Positions 9,190-17,782 of a stretch of DNA of 64,000 nt are shown in pieces. A model generated the notes under the pieces. It searched no databases. It worked only from the letters and a program-made list of their open reading frames with translations, and had not been told where the DNA came from. The DNA comes from an uncultured Micavibrio sp. GTDB taxonomy: Bacteria; Pseudomonadota; Alphaproteobacteria; Micavibrionales; UBA2020. The stretch lies in NCBI GenBank assembly GCA_964575605.1, contig CAZNRN010000012.1, positions 2,933-66,932 on the forward strand, read 5' to 3'. Position 1 is the stretch's first letter; each line of letters begins with the position of its first letter. The translations under genes and the position numbers were made by a program.

Positions 9190-10813
9190 GCTTCCCGACA
9201 AGCCGGATGAGGCACACTTCCAGATCAGCCAGAAGGCGGCGGAGAACCTCGGCCGTCTCGTCGATGGAAACGGGCTGAAAGCGGAACAGGTCAGGCTGGC
9301 CAAGCATGAGACGCTGGTGCACCAGCTGCCGGGGCAAATCAACATCAAGATAAAGCCCGAAATCGCCGAAACGGTGATGAAGGGCAACATGTCGCGCGGC
9401 AAATCTTGTGGCGGCCGCGAAGGTGCAAAACTGGAGGCCGACGCACAGGCGAGCAGGCTTGCCCTTGACCCCAATATCCACCGCGAAATGATGCAGTTCA
9501 TCGATAAGGACGCAGGGCAGGGCTTCGGCATCGACCTGTTTAAATTACCCTTGGCAGCTGCGGCCGAAGATTACTCAGCCTCGACCCAGTGCGGCAAATG
9601 CGCCGGCAACATGTTTATCGGGTGCGTACGTTGTAACATGTCGGGCTCTGTCACTTGCAGCGGCTGCAGCGGACAGGGCGCGCAGACCTGCAGGGCCTGT
9701 TTCGGCTCGGGACAGTATACGCAAGGCTCCGGCAACCGTGTGCCTTGCTCGCAATGTAACGCGAGCGGCCGTATCATCTGCACCCAATGCAGCGGACAGC
9801 GTGAAATGCGCTGCAGCTATTGCCAGGGTGCGGGGCGTATCGGATGTGCCGAATGCGACCAGACGGGCTGGTGGACCTATGTCTACTCTGTGACCTATAC
9901 GGCAGAAGGCCTTTTCGCCCTCGACCGGCAGCAGATTCCGCAGGACGTCATGGAAGTTATCGACCATATCGGCGTGCGAAAACTGGCAACTGATAAATAC
10001 ATCGAGGTTTTCCGGCTGAACCTTCAACCGAAACTGAACGAAATCGGCGTGCCCATGGTCGCCTTCCTGCCCATCGCCCGCGCCGAATTTACGGTCGAGG
10101 GCAAGGCATATCCGGCAACTGTTGCGGGCCTTATCGGTCGAATTCTGGTCATCGATCACCTGATCGATCACGCTGTGAAGCCCGGCATCAATGCGCTATT
10201 CAAGCTGTCAAAAGGGCCTATGGCCACTGAAGCACTTGTCGATCAGGCGTGTAAATACCGTCTGATCCGTCAGGCGCTGACGGGCGTATCCTACCAGTCT
10301 AAAAAACAGGTCTACCAGCAAATCGTGAAACAATATCCGGTTGGCCTGTCGGACAAATACGCCAAGGCTGCGGTCAAATATGCCGGCGTGGCGGTTCTGG
10401 CGCTGAGCCAGGGACCGCGCAAAAAAGGCTTATTGATCGGCTCTGGCGCGGCAGCCGTATTGGCTGCGGCCTATTTTATGGCTGGTATACGGCCACCCAT
10501 ACTGGCAGCCCTAACCCAAAGCGGCCATGCAAAGCATATGCTTGGCGTCGACATTGCTGTGTGGCTGGTTGGTTATGCCGCGGCCGTGCTTACAATCAAA
10601 CTGATGGCGGCGTCGGCGCTGAGAAAGATTTTGCCAGACAACGTTAGTACAGCCAAAGGTGGCCTGCCCAGTGCTGGTAACGAAGGGCTCTTGGCACTGG
10701 CGACAAGCTTTGCCGTCTGGGTCGCCTGCGCCTTTGCAGCGCCGGTGAAGCCTGAATGGGTAATGGCAATCCTGAAGGCCGCTGGCATCGGCGTAGTGGC
10801 CACAGGCGGATAA
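9173..10813 (+). CDS. membrane-anchored protein with an extended DnaJ-type cysteine-rich zinc-finger region (eight CxxC motifs) and no J domain
   Basis: ATG at 9173 (MPELVKL) overlaps the DLH gene end by 17 nt. Residues 140-232 (nt 9590..9868) contain CGKCAG, CVRCNMSG, CSGCSGQG, CRACFGSG, CSQCNASG, CTQCSG, CSYCQGAG and CAECDQTG. The C-terminal ~150 aa have 3-4 hydrophobic helices. Confidence 0.75.
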   Translation: MPELVKLPDKPDEAHFQISQKAAENLGRLVDGNGLKAEQVRLAKHETLVHQLPGQINIKIKPEIAETVMKGNMSRGKSCGGREGAKLEADAQASRLALDPNIHREMMQFIDKDAGQGFGIDLFKLPLAAAAEDYSASTQCGKCAGNMFIGCVRCNMSGSVTCSGCSGQGAQTCRACFGSGQYTQGSGNRVPCSQCNASGRIICTQCSGQREMRCSYCQGAGRIGCAECDQTGWWTYVYSVTYTAEGLFALDRQQIPQDVMEVIDHIGVRKLATDKYIEVFRLNLQPKLNEIGVPMVAFLPIARAEFTVEGKAYPATVAGLIGRILVIDHLIDHAVKPGINALFKLSKGPMATEALVDQACKYRLIRQALTGVSYQSKKQVYQQIVKQYPVGLSDKYAKAAVKYAGVAVLALSQGPRKKGLLIGSGAAAVLAAAYFMAGIRPPILAALTQSGHAKHMLGVDIAVWLVGYAAAVLTIKLMAASALRKILPDNVSTAKGGLPSAGNEGLLALATSFAVWVACAFAAPVKPEWVMAILKAAGIGVVATGG

Positions 10814-10819
10814 ACGCTA

Positions 10820-12271
10820 TTACTGGTTCATCATTTTGAAGAACTCGTCGTTGTTCTTCGTGTCCTTCATCTTGTCGAGCAGGAATTCCATCGCATCGGT
10901 AGTGCCCATGGGCGACATGAGCTTGCGCAGGATCCACATTTTCGACAGGGTGCCGCTTTCGACCAGCAGTTCTTCCTTGCGCGTACCAGACTTCTGTATG
11001 TCGATGGCCGGGAAGACGCGTTTATCTGCGAGCTTGCGGTCGAGGACGATTTCGGAGTTACCTGTGCCTTTGAATTCCTCGAAAATGACCTCGTCCATGC
11101 GTGAACCGGTATCGATAAGGGCGGTCGAGATGATGGTAAGCGAACCGCCCTGTTCAATGTTACGTGCCGCACCGAAGAAGCGCTTCGGGCGTTGCAAGGC
11201 GTTGGCGTCGACACCGCCCGTCAGGACTTTGCCCGACGATGGCACGACCGTGTTGTAAGCGCGGCCAAGGCGCGTGATAGAATCGAGCAGGATAACGACG
11301 TCGCGCTTGTGCTCGACCAGGCGTTTTGCCTTTTCCAGCACCATTTCCGCGACCTGTACGTGACGCGCAGCGGGTTCATCGAAGGTGGAGGAGATAACCT
11401 CGCCCTTCACCGAACGCGCCATGTCGGTCACCTCTTCCGGGCGCTCGTCGATGAGCAGCACGATGAGGTAAGCGTCAGGATGGTTGGTTTCGATGGAATG
11501 CGCGATGTTCTGCATCATCACCGTTTTACCCGTGCGCGGTTGCGCGACGATGAGGGAACGCTGGCCGAAACCGATCGGCGCGACCAGTTCGATCACGCGC
11601 TGCAGCTGCACCTGTGATTTCTGGCGTTCGCCTTTTTTGGGCGGTGCTGCCGTGCCAGTGCTGGTAGGATCGTCCAGCTCCAGCTTGATCTTGCGGTCAG
11701 GATAGAGCGGTGTCAGGTTGTCGAAGTTGATACGGTGGCGGATGTTTTCAGGGGTCTCGAAGTTGATTTTGTTGACGCGGAGCAGCGCGAAGTAGCGCTC
11801 GTTGTCTTTCGGTGCGCGGATTTCGCCCTGCACCGTGTCTCCAGTACGCAGGCCGAAGCGCTTGATTTGCGAGGGCGAGACATAAATGTCATCGGGGCCT
11901 GGCAGGTAGTTTTCTTCGGGGCTGCGCAGGAAGCCGAAGCCGTCCTGCAGCACTTCGAGCACGCCTTCGCCTGAAATCGGAATGTCTTGCTCGGCCAGCT
12001 TTTTCAGGATGGCGAACATGATTTCCTGCTTTCGCAGGGTGGAGGAGTTTTCGACGCCGAGGCTGTCCGCATATTTCAGCAGATCTTCGGGCGATTTCAG
12101 TTTCAGCTCGTGCAGGTCCATCATTTTCGCGTTGGGATCTCGGCGTGCGGCTGCTTCTTCTTCCTCGGGCGTTACATCGGCTTGCGGAACCTGTCCGTGG
12201 CCGTCGTTATTGCCGCCTTGATAGCGTCCGCCGCCGGAATGATGGCCTGAATGACGTGAGCGTTTTACCAC
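10820..12271 (-). CDS. rho: transcription termination factor Rho
   Basis: Full-length colinearity with Rho (RNA-binding domain GFGFLR, Walker A PRTGKT, C-terminus ...FFKMMNQ). The GTG at 12271 gives a ~50-aa G/H/R/E-rich extension. An alternative ATG at 12124 (MMDLHELK) is possible. Confidence 0.9.
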   Translation of the reverse strand: MVKRSRHSGHHSGGGRYQGGNNDGHGQVPQADVTPEEEEAAARRDPNAKMMDLHELKLKSPEDLLKYADSLGVENSSTLRKQEIMFAILKKLAEQDIPISGEGVLEVLQDGFGFLRSPEENYLPGPDDIYVSPSQIKRFGLRTGDTVQGEIRAPKDNERYFALLRVNKINFETPENIRHRINFDNLTPLYPDRKIKLELDDPTSTGTAAPPKKGERQKSQVQLQRVIELVAPIGFGQRSLIVAQPRTGKTVMMQNIAHSIETNHPDAYLIVLLIDERPEEVTDMARSVKGEVISSTFDEPAARHVQVAEMVLEKAKRLVEHKRDVVILLDSITRLGRAYNTVVPSSGKVLTGGVDANALQRPKRFFGAARNIEQGGSLTIISTALIDTGSRMDEVIFEEFKGTGNSEIVLDRKLADKRVFPAIDIQKSGTRKEELLVESGTLSKMWILRKLMSPMGTTDAMEFLLDKMKDTKNNDEFFKMMNQ

Positions 12272-12606
12272 TGTTGTGTTCTTTCTTTAGATGATGGGTC
12301 TGGAAATAGGGCGATAATTATTTGGATCGTCGCGGGGGTGATTGATTTTCTGTGCAGGCATCCGCTGAAAATGAACCGGCGGACGCGCCTCTTCGAATGA
12401 AGGCTTGATGATGAAAGTTAACAAGATTCCCGATGTATGTCAACTGCCACATTTTTCCGCGCAGGCTATTTGGAGCCGTATTTTGACGCCAAGAACTTGA
12501 TTCCGCCATATTTTGCAGGGACTTGGCTTGTCATATAATGGCATGGGGCAGGTTTCATGGTTTCTTAGCGGATGCTGCGCTAGGGTTGCTAAGGGGTGTT
12601 ACTGGC

Positions 12607-14220
12607 ATGACGATCGACGAACAAATAAAAGCGGACGCGGAGGGCGGGAGCCTTCCAGCCCTGATCGCTTGGACAAGGGCGCTATTACATGGCGGAAACC
12701 CTGAGCTCGAGAAAAAAGCGGATACGCTTTTGAAAGCGGCCGAAAAGGCCGAAGACAAGGTACTTTGCGCCATAGGAATGGCCTGTTTTGCGGGCGCGCC
12801 GCCCTTCGGCAAAGATGAAGCGGTTGGAAGGCTTTGGATCAAACAGGCCGAAGCGGCAGGCAGCGCGCTCGGGGCTGAGATACTGGGCGATTTTCATTTC
12901 GCCGAAAAAGATTACAAGGCAGCCGCCAACTTTTATTCGGCAGCTATCCATCGCGGCGCTGACGGCGCCGATGTTAAGTACGCACTGATGCGCATTTGCG
13001 GACTGGGCCTGCCGCGCAGTATCGCACGCGCGATTGACGACCTGCGTACCGCAGCTGCGAATAATGCGGAAGCCGCCGCACTATTGGCGAACGGTATTGT
13101 CCCACCAACCGTTGCAAAATTGTTCATGGGTGCGGCTTATAAAGAAGAAGCTGCGGTAACAGTTCCGGAGCTCGAGGAGCATTTCACCAAGGGGCGCATT
13201 TCGGCGGCATGGTTTAAAGAGACGCCCAAGCACGCGCCACAGGCCCCGCTAACCAAGGGTTCTGCCCAAGGCAGCGACGCGCCGATTCAGCAGGCGCCTC
13301 CCGTGATTCCCACACAATCCCCGGCAGCGGTGCATGACGCGCAGCCAGACCCCTTTGCAGTGCTGGATGGCCTGGTCGGGCTGACAAAGGTCAAAAAGGC
13401 CATGAAAAGCCTTTCCAGCCAAATGAAGTTTTTCGCCAAGCGAAAGGCCGCAGGCCTGCCCTACGAAAAACCAGCCACGCACTTTGTTTTCACGGGCAAC
13501 CCCGGCACAGGGAAAACAACAGTCGCGCGGATTCTGGGCGGCATCATGAAATCCGCCGGATACCTCGAAAAAGGCCACGTCGTTGAATGTTCGGCGCGTG
13601 ACCTGATCGGCGAGTGGGTCGGTACTACCGCGCCTAAAGTCGGGCGACAGGTGGAGGCTGCGATTGGCGGGGTACTATTTATCGACGAAGCCTATTCATT
13701 ACTGAATGCGGTAGGGGCAAGGGCGTCGTTTACCGACGAAGCGATTGCAACACTGTTAAAGCTGATGGAAGACCGGCGGCACGAGTTTGTGGTGGTGGCA
13801 GCAGGTTATCCGGACGAAATGATTGCTTTCGTGAATGCCAATCCCGGATTGAAGTCGCGCTTTTCGGAATTTATCGTTTTTGATGACTATCAAGGCATGG
13901 AGCTGGAACAGATATACCTGCGGATGGCTGAGCGAATGCAGTATAAGCTCGAGGAGCGTGCGAAAATACTTCTGAATGCCGTCATGAACGAGTCACCGAC
14001 ATCCTTTGCCGGCGAATTTTCTAACGGACGTTTTGTACGTAACCTTTTCGAAGACACAATCAAGTATATGGCTGGGCGCCTCGAACGGCTTGATCAGGGG
14101 CATAACACCCCTTCCGCACCACCGGCTATCGAGGAGTTGTCACTTATCCACGCCGAGGATATCCAGATGGCCTGGGACGAGGCGAAAGCAACGCCGCGCC
14201 AGGTATCGACAGCCCTCTAG
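12607..14220 (+). CDS. Sel1/TPR-like repeat N-domain fused to a CbxX/SpoVK-type AAA+ ATPase
   Basis: Start chosen at MTIDEQIK (12607). Walker A GNPGTGKTT (13495..13521), Walker B VLFIDEAYSL, then VVVAAGYPDEM. The N-terminal ~190 aa are helical Sel1-like repeats, followed by a P/Q/A linker. Confidence 0.8.
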   Translation: MTIDEQIKADAEGGSLPALIAWTRALLHGGNPELEKKADTLLKAAEKAEDKVLCAIGMACFAGAPPFGKDEAVGRLWIKQAEAAGSALGAEILGDFHFAEKDYKAAANFYSAAIHRGADGADVKYALMRICGLGLPRSIARAIDDLRTAAANNAEAAALLANGIVPPTVAKLFMGAAYKEEAAVTVPELEEHFTKGRISAAWFKETPKHAPQAPLTKGSAQGSDAPIQQAPPVIPTQSPAAVHDAQPDPFAVLDGLVGLTKVKKAMKSLSSQMKFFAKRKAAGLPYEKPATHFVFTGNPGTGKTTVARILGGIMKSAGYLEKGHVVECSARDLIGEWVGTTAPKVGRQVEAAIGGVLFIDEAYSLLNAVGARASFTDEAIATLLKLMEDRRHEFVVVAAGYPDEMIAFVNANPGLKSRFSEFIVFDDYQGMELEQIYLRMAERMQYKLEERAKILLNAVMNESPTSFAGEFSNGRFVRNLFEDTIKYMAGRLERLDQGHNTPSAPPAIEELSLIHAEDIQMAWDEAKATPRQVSTAL

Positions 14221-14657
14221 AACGGCTTCATCACAACCAGAATGACGATGACGATCATCAGCATGGTCGGAATTTCGTTCACGCCGCGGTAAAATTTCGC
14301 GCTTTTGGTGTTCTGATCTTTGACGAACTGTTTTCGCCAACGGGCCAAAAAACCGTGGAAAGCTGTCATGCCCAGCACCAGCGTAATTTTCGCGTGCATC
14401 CAACCCTGTTTGAGAATTTCCGGGTTTTCCCAGAGCATCAATCCGCCGAAAACGAAGGTCAAGACCATCGCCGGGTTGATGATGATGCGCAGCAGCTTGC
14501 GTTCCATGATCTTGAAGGTCTCGGATAGCTCCGAGCCTTTATCGGCATCGGCATGATAAACGAAAAGCCTTGGCAGGTAGAGCATGCCCGCCATCCATGC
14601 GATGACGGAAATAATATGGAGTGCCTTATACAAAGCGTAAAAATCAAAGTCTGACAT
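14217..14657 (-). CDS. hemJ: protoporphyrinogen IX oxidase HemJ (UPF0093 family)
   Basis: 146 aa, 4 TM. The conserved YKALHIISVIAWMAGMLYLPRLFVYH start is typical of HemJ. Directly abuts hemH. Confidence 0.8.
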   Translation of the reverse strand: MSDFDFYALYKALHIISVIAWMAGMLYLPRLFVYHADADKGSELSETFKIMERKLLRIIINPAMVLTFVFGGLMLWENPEILKQGWMHAKITLVLGMTAFHGFLARWRKQFVKDQNTKSAKFYRGVNEIPTMLMIVIVILVVMKPF

Positions 14658-15692
14658 TTATCCCTCGCACGCGCAGCGCTTGAATTTTTCAGGGCATGAC
14701 CGGCCGCAGGGCTTTCCTGAAATCGCATCCTTCACCAATTTGGCAAGGCCGGCGATAAAAGCGGGATGTGTGCCCACAGTTTCCACCCTTGCGAAATAAG
14801 GCAGGCCCAACTGCTCTGCCTTATGCCTGTATTCCATCTCGATTTCAACCAGCGTCTCGACATGCTCCGAAACGAAGGCGTGCGGATAGATAACCACGCC
14901 TTTTCTGTCTGCGGCTGCCTGGGCAAGGGCTTCTTCGGTCGAGGGACCGATCCATTTCAACGGGCCGACACGACTTTGATAACAAATTTGCCAGTCCAAT
15001 CCGGGGATATTTAATTCCCTCACGATCGCTTCCGCTGTTTTCTCGCATTGGTATTGGTAAGGGTCGCCACCGATGACGATCTTTTCGGGCAGGCCATGGG
15101 CGGAAAATAGCAGACGAGTCCCGCCGGGCGCTTTTTCCAGCTGCTGCCGGATGTTTTCGGCGGAGGCCTTTATAAAACCGTCCTGCACGGGATAACAGCA
15201 GATTTTTGATACATTCGTTTCATCGCCCCATCTTGCGTGAAGCGCACCGTCATCTGCCTGTACATTGGTCCAGAAGTCCTGGAACGATGAACCCGTGGTA
15301 GTGGTCGAGAACTGTGGGTAAAGCGGCAATAGCACGAGATGGTCGGGTTTTAGGTCATTAAGTTTTCCGATGACTTCTTTTGACAATGGGTACCAATAGC
15401 GCATGGAGACGAGCACTTCGGCGTCCATTCCCCGGCCGCGCAGTTCTGTTTGCAGGGCTTCGGCCTGTTTACGCGTGTTTTCGAGCAACGGCGATTTAAA
15501 GCCGAGTTTTTCGTAGGCGGCCCTTGCTGCGGCCTTGCTGCGCGTACGTGAAATGTAATGAGCTATAAACCATCTGATCGGCAGGGGCGCGCCAATGATG
15601 TTTTTATCCATGAAGAAGTTGTAAAGGAACGGCCTGATATCGGCTTCCTGCGAAGGACCACCCAAATTCATCAGGACAACGGCAGTTTTCAC
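14658..15692 (-). CDS. hemH: ferrochelatase
   Basis: MKTAVVLMNLGGP..., LLPLYPQFSTTTTGS and SAHGLP motifs. 344 aa. Confidence 0.9.
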   Translation of the reverse strand: MKTAVVLMNLGGPSQEADIRPFLYNFFMDKNIIGAPLPIRWFIAHYISRTRSKAAARAAYEKLGFKSPLLENTRKQAEALQTELRGRGMDAEVLVSMRYWYPLSKEVIGKLNDLKPDHLVLLPLYPQFSTTTTGSSFQDFWTNVQADDGALHARWGDETNVSKICCYPVQDGFIKASAENIRQQLEKAPGGTRLLFSAHGLPEKIVIGGDPYQYQCEKTAEAIVRELNIPGLDWQICYQSRVGPLKWIGPSTEEALAQAAADRKGVVIYPHAFVSEHVETLVEIEMEYRHKAEQLGLPYFARVETVGTHPAFIAGLAKLVKDAISGKPCGRSCPEKFKRCACEG

Positions 15693-16696
15693 CGGCGGAA
15701 TTCCCTGATGATTGTCGACAGTTGCGCAACATGCTCGGGCGGAGTGTCTTTGATGACACCATGCCCGAGATTGAAAATAAAAGGACGCTTGGCAACAGCA
15801 TTGAGGATGCGCAGCGCGCCATCCCGCATTTCCTGACCCCCTTTCAGCAACAGCGCTGGGTCAAGGTTTCCCTGCAGGCAGAACTTCGGCGGGAAAATAT
15901 CGAATGAAGCGGACTGGTCAAGGCCTAGGGCATCAACACCAGTTTCTTCGGCGTAGCGCTTGTAAAAGGGGCCGACTACGGCGCGGGGAAAGCCAATAAT
16001 AGGGATATCTGGGTTTGTCGACTTGAGCTTGCGCACAATTTCACGAGTGGGCGCAATCGACCATTCGACAAACTGCTGGCGGTTCAGCAAATTGGCCCAG
16101 CTGTCGAACAGCTGGATTGCCTGTACCCCGTTCGCAATCTGGCCGCGCAGGTATTGCACCGTCGCGTCGGTAATGACGGCGAGCAAGTCCTTGAACTTAT
16201 CCGGCTGTACTTCGGCGAATTGCCTGGCGACAGGAAAATCATTGCCACCCTGCCCTTGCACCATGTAACAGGCAACAGTCCATGGAGAACCAGCAAAGCC
16301 TATCAGCGCTTTTTCAGGGCCAAGATTTTTACGTATGCGTCGAACAGTGTCATAAACCGGCTCCAGCCTGCTTTCGTTCATTTTAAGCGAGGCGATGCGA
16401 AGAGCGCCAAGCCGCGGACCTTCACCTTCCATGAAATCGAGCTGCTGTCCCAAAGCATGCGGGACAACAAGGATGTCGGAAAACAAGATAGCCGCATCCA
16501 TATCGAAACGCCGGATCGGCTGTAAGGTTACTTCACAGGCAAGTTCAGGGTTGAAACAGAGGTTAAGGAAGGATCCGGCGTTTTTACGCAGGTCACGATA
16601 TTCCGGCAGATAACGCCCTGCCTGGCGCATAAACCAGAACGGTACCTGCGGTGTTATCTCCCCGTGGAGAGCTGCGATGATGGCTGGCTTGGTCAT
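15689..16696 (-). CDS. hemE: uroporphyrinogen decarboxylase
   Basis: PFWFMRQAGRYLPEYR signature near the N-terminus. 335 aa. 4-nt overlap with hemH. Confidence 0.92.
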   Translation of the reverse strand: MTKPAIIAALHGEITPQVPFWFMRQAGRYLPEYRDLRKNAGSFLNLCFNPELACEVTLQPIRRFDMDAAILFSDILVVPHALGQQLDFMEGEGPRLGALRIASLKMNESRLEPVYDTVRRIRKNLGPEKALIGFAGSPWTVACYMVQGQGGNDFPVARQFAEVQPDKFKDLLAVITDATVQYLRGQIANGVQAIQLFDSWANLLNRQQFVEWSIAPTREIVRKLKSTNPDIPIIGFPRAVVGPFYKRYAEETGVDALGLDQSASFDIFPPKFCLQGNLDPALLLKGGQEMRDGALRILNAVAKRPFIFNLGHGVIKDTPPEHVAQLSTIIREFRR

Positions 16697-16794
16697 GATG
16701 CCCTTGTTTACCGGAATCTAAAGTGCCAGTTTTTACCCTTAAAATATATAAGTATTAGAATCTTTTAGTAGGAGTCTGTAGGACGGTGCAAGGC

Positions 16795-16803
16795 GGGGAT
16801 AAT
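16795..16803 (-). promoter_or_regulatory. DnaA-box-like 9-mer (ATTATCCCC on minus strand)
   Basis: The plus strand reads GGGGATAAT. Contains the TTATCC core of the TTATCCACA consensus. Confidence 0.5.
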
Positions 16804-16913
16804 CCGGGATTCACATTTTTCCCCCTTACCTGCAGTCGCCGCGCTGTCCCGTATCGTGGAAAAAGATGCCGGATATAGTCGTTCACCACGCAGATTCAAT
16901 AATTTACCAAATT

Positions 16914-16922
16914 TGTGAATAA
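16914..16922 (-). promoter_or_regulatory. DnaA-box-like 9-mer (TTATTCACA on minus strand)
   Basis: The plus strand reads TGTGAATAA, one mismatch to TGTGGATAA (the E. coli R-box complement). Confidence 0.55.
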
Positions 16923-16953
16923 CCTTGATAACTTGTGATTCCGTAAACATCAG

Positions 16954-16962
16954 TTATCCCCG
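16954..16962 (+). promoter_or_regulatory. DnaA-box-like 9-mer TTATCCCCG
   Basis: Direct read. Shares TTATCC with the consensus. Confidence 0.5.
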
Positions 16963-17023
16963 TTATTCTATTCCGGAGTCTGCCTGCGTATTCTTCCTGC
17001 AAGGCTTTCGCAGGACACGTCAT

Positions 17024-17032
17024 TTATCCCGC
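17024..17032 (+). promoter_or_regulatory. DnaA-box-like 9-mer TTATCCCGC
   Basis: Part of the 10-mer TTTATCCCGC, which is repeated exactly at 17064. Confidence 0.5.
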
Positions 17033-17064
17033 AGGGAAACTTCTCCCGTCTTTTATGCACTAGT

Positions 17065-17073
17065 TTATCCCGC
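17065..17073 (+). promoter_or_regulatory. DnaA-box-like 9-mer TTATCCCGC
   Basis: Exact repeat of the 17024 box, 12 bp upstream of the next box. Confidence 0.5.
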
Positions 17074-17076
17074 GAA

Positions 17077-17085
17077 TTATCCCCA
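17077..17085 (+). promoter_or_regulatory. DnaA-box-like 9-mer TTATCCCCA
   Basis: Direct read. Matches TTATCCACA at 8 of 9 positions. Confidence 0.55.
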
Positions 17086-17169
17086 GAACCATGCATAATC
17101 AAGCTTCCATGCCCCGATTTTTCCCGATAGGATAAATCGGTTCAGGCAAGGGGTTTAAAAGGCTGCGAT

Positions 17170-17778
17170 ATGGCGGAAGACTGGCAAAAACTTGATGCGG
17201 AAAAATCCGCGCGTATCCTGTCGGAGGTTAATCCCCATCTGGAGCCTGTGCCGTTCAGCGTCGAACATACTACGATCCGTGCTCAACGCCTGCCTTTTTA
17301 TAAAAGTTATGAACTTTTCGAACTGACGGATCTTTCTGCTGTACCCGCCGCGCGCAAATACGCGCTTTACAAGCCGGGCGACATCAACGTCATCAACTGG
17401 ACGAACCAGACGATATACGAGACAAACGAGAAAGCGCCGATCAGCCTCGACGAGCGCAATGTCGTGGACTACGTGAAATTTTTCTTCAACTATGTGCGCG
17501 GGCGCCATGGCCGTTTCCTCATCATCGAGACGATCGATGACATCCGCTGGCAGGTAGAACCGCCGCTACAAGGCCGCAAGGTCATGCAGGAAATGCTTGT
17601 GCCCGTCGGGGTTGTCAGCCAGGACGCTGATGGAACGTTCAACCTTGAAGCCTTCATGGTTTTCAAGGACAGCCTTTTCAAGACCAAGATCCACGTCAAA
17701 AAAGACGGGCTGGTCAGCATGTCCGACGAAGAACTTAAAATCGAAGGCATGCCAGTCCTTCAGGACGCCGCGGCCTGA
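17170..17778 (+). CDS. hypothetical protein (202 aa), first gene right of the putative origin
   Basis: Clean ORF with genome-typical codon usage and an AAAGG ribosome-binding site. No family recognised. No signal peptide or TM segment. Confidence 0.7.
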   Translation: MAEDWQKLDAEKSARILSEVNPHLEPVPFSVEHTTIRAQRLPFYKSYELFELTDLSAVPAARKYALYKPGDINVINWTNQTIYETNEKAPISLDERNVVDYVKFFFNYVRGRHGRFLIIETIDDIRWQVEPPLQGRKVMQEMLVPVGVVSQDADGTFNLEAFMVFKDSLFKTKIHVKKDGLVSMSDEELKIEGMPVLQDAAA

Positions 17779-17782
17779 TCCC

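Larger units (their letters stand above)
16714..16980. promoter_or_regulatory. cluster of seven GANTC (CcrM-type methylation) sites
   Basis: GAATC at 16714 and 16758; GAGTC at 16772 and 16976; GATTC at 16808, 16893 and 16937. Confidence 0.6.
16697..17169. other. putative chromosomal replication origin (oriC) in the hemE-proximal intergenic region
   Basis: Largest non-coding gap in the window, next to hemE. Holds six DnaA-box-like 9-mers, an AT-rich tract (16736..16772) and seven GANTC sites. The parS/parAB locus lies ~12 kb away. Confidence 0.65.

Noticed and set aside
12534-12539. Perfect TATAAT hexamer upstream of the AAA+ gene as a promoter
   Set aside because: No acceptable -35 element lies at 16 to 18 bp (only TTTTGC), and the hexamer falls inside a possible longer ORF start. 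This is too weak to call.
16697-17169. CtrA-binding sites (TTAA-N7-TTAA) in the putative origin
   Set aside because: I looked for them because Caulobacter Cori has five. The TTAA occurrences at about 16739 and 17155 lack a correctly spaced partner, so no claim is made.
17597-17782. Upstream extension of the kinase-like ORF, and similar N-terminal extensions in the ORF track at 4467..4535, 5899..6081, 23201..23278, 24373..24420, 29335..29406, 33774..33881, 40209..40271, 41564..41596, 48865..49104, 50506..50535 and 61751..61831
   Set aside because: The extensions overlap upstream genes or regulatory sites such as parS, have poor composition, and are absent from homologs. Internal ATGs with a ribosome-binding site or stop-start coupling fit better.
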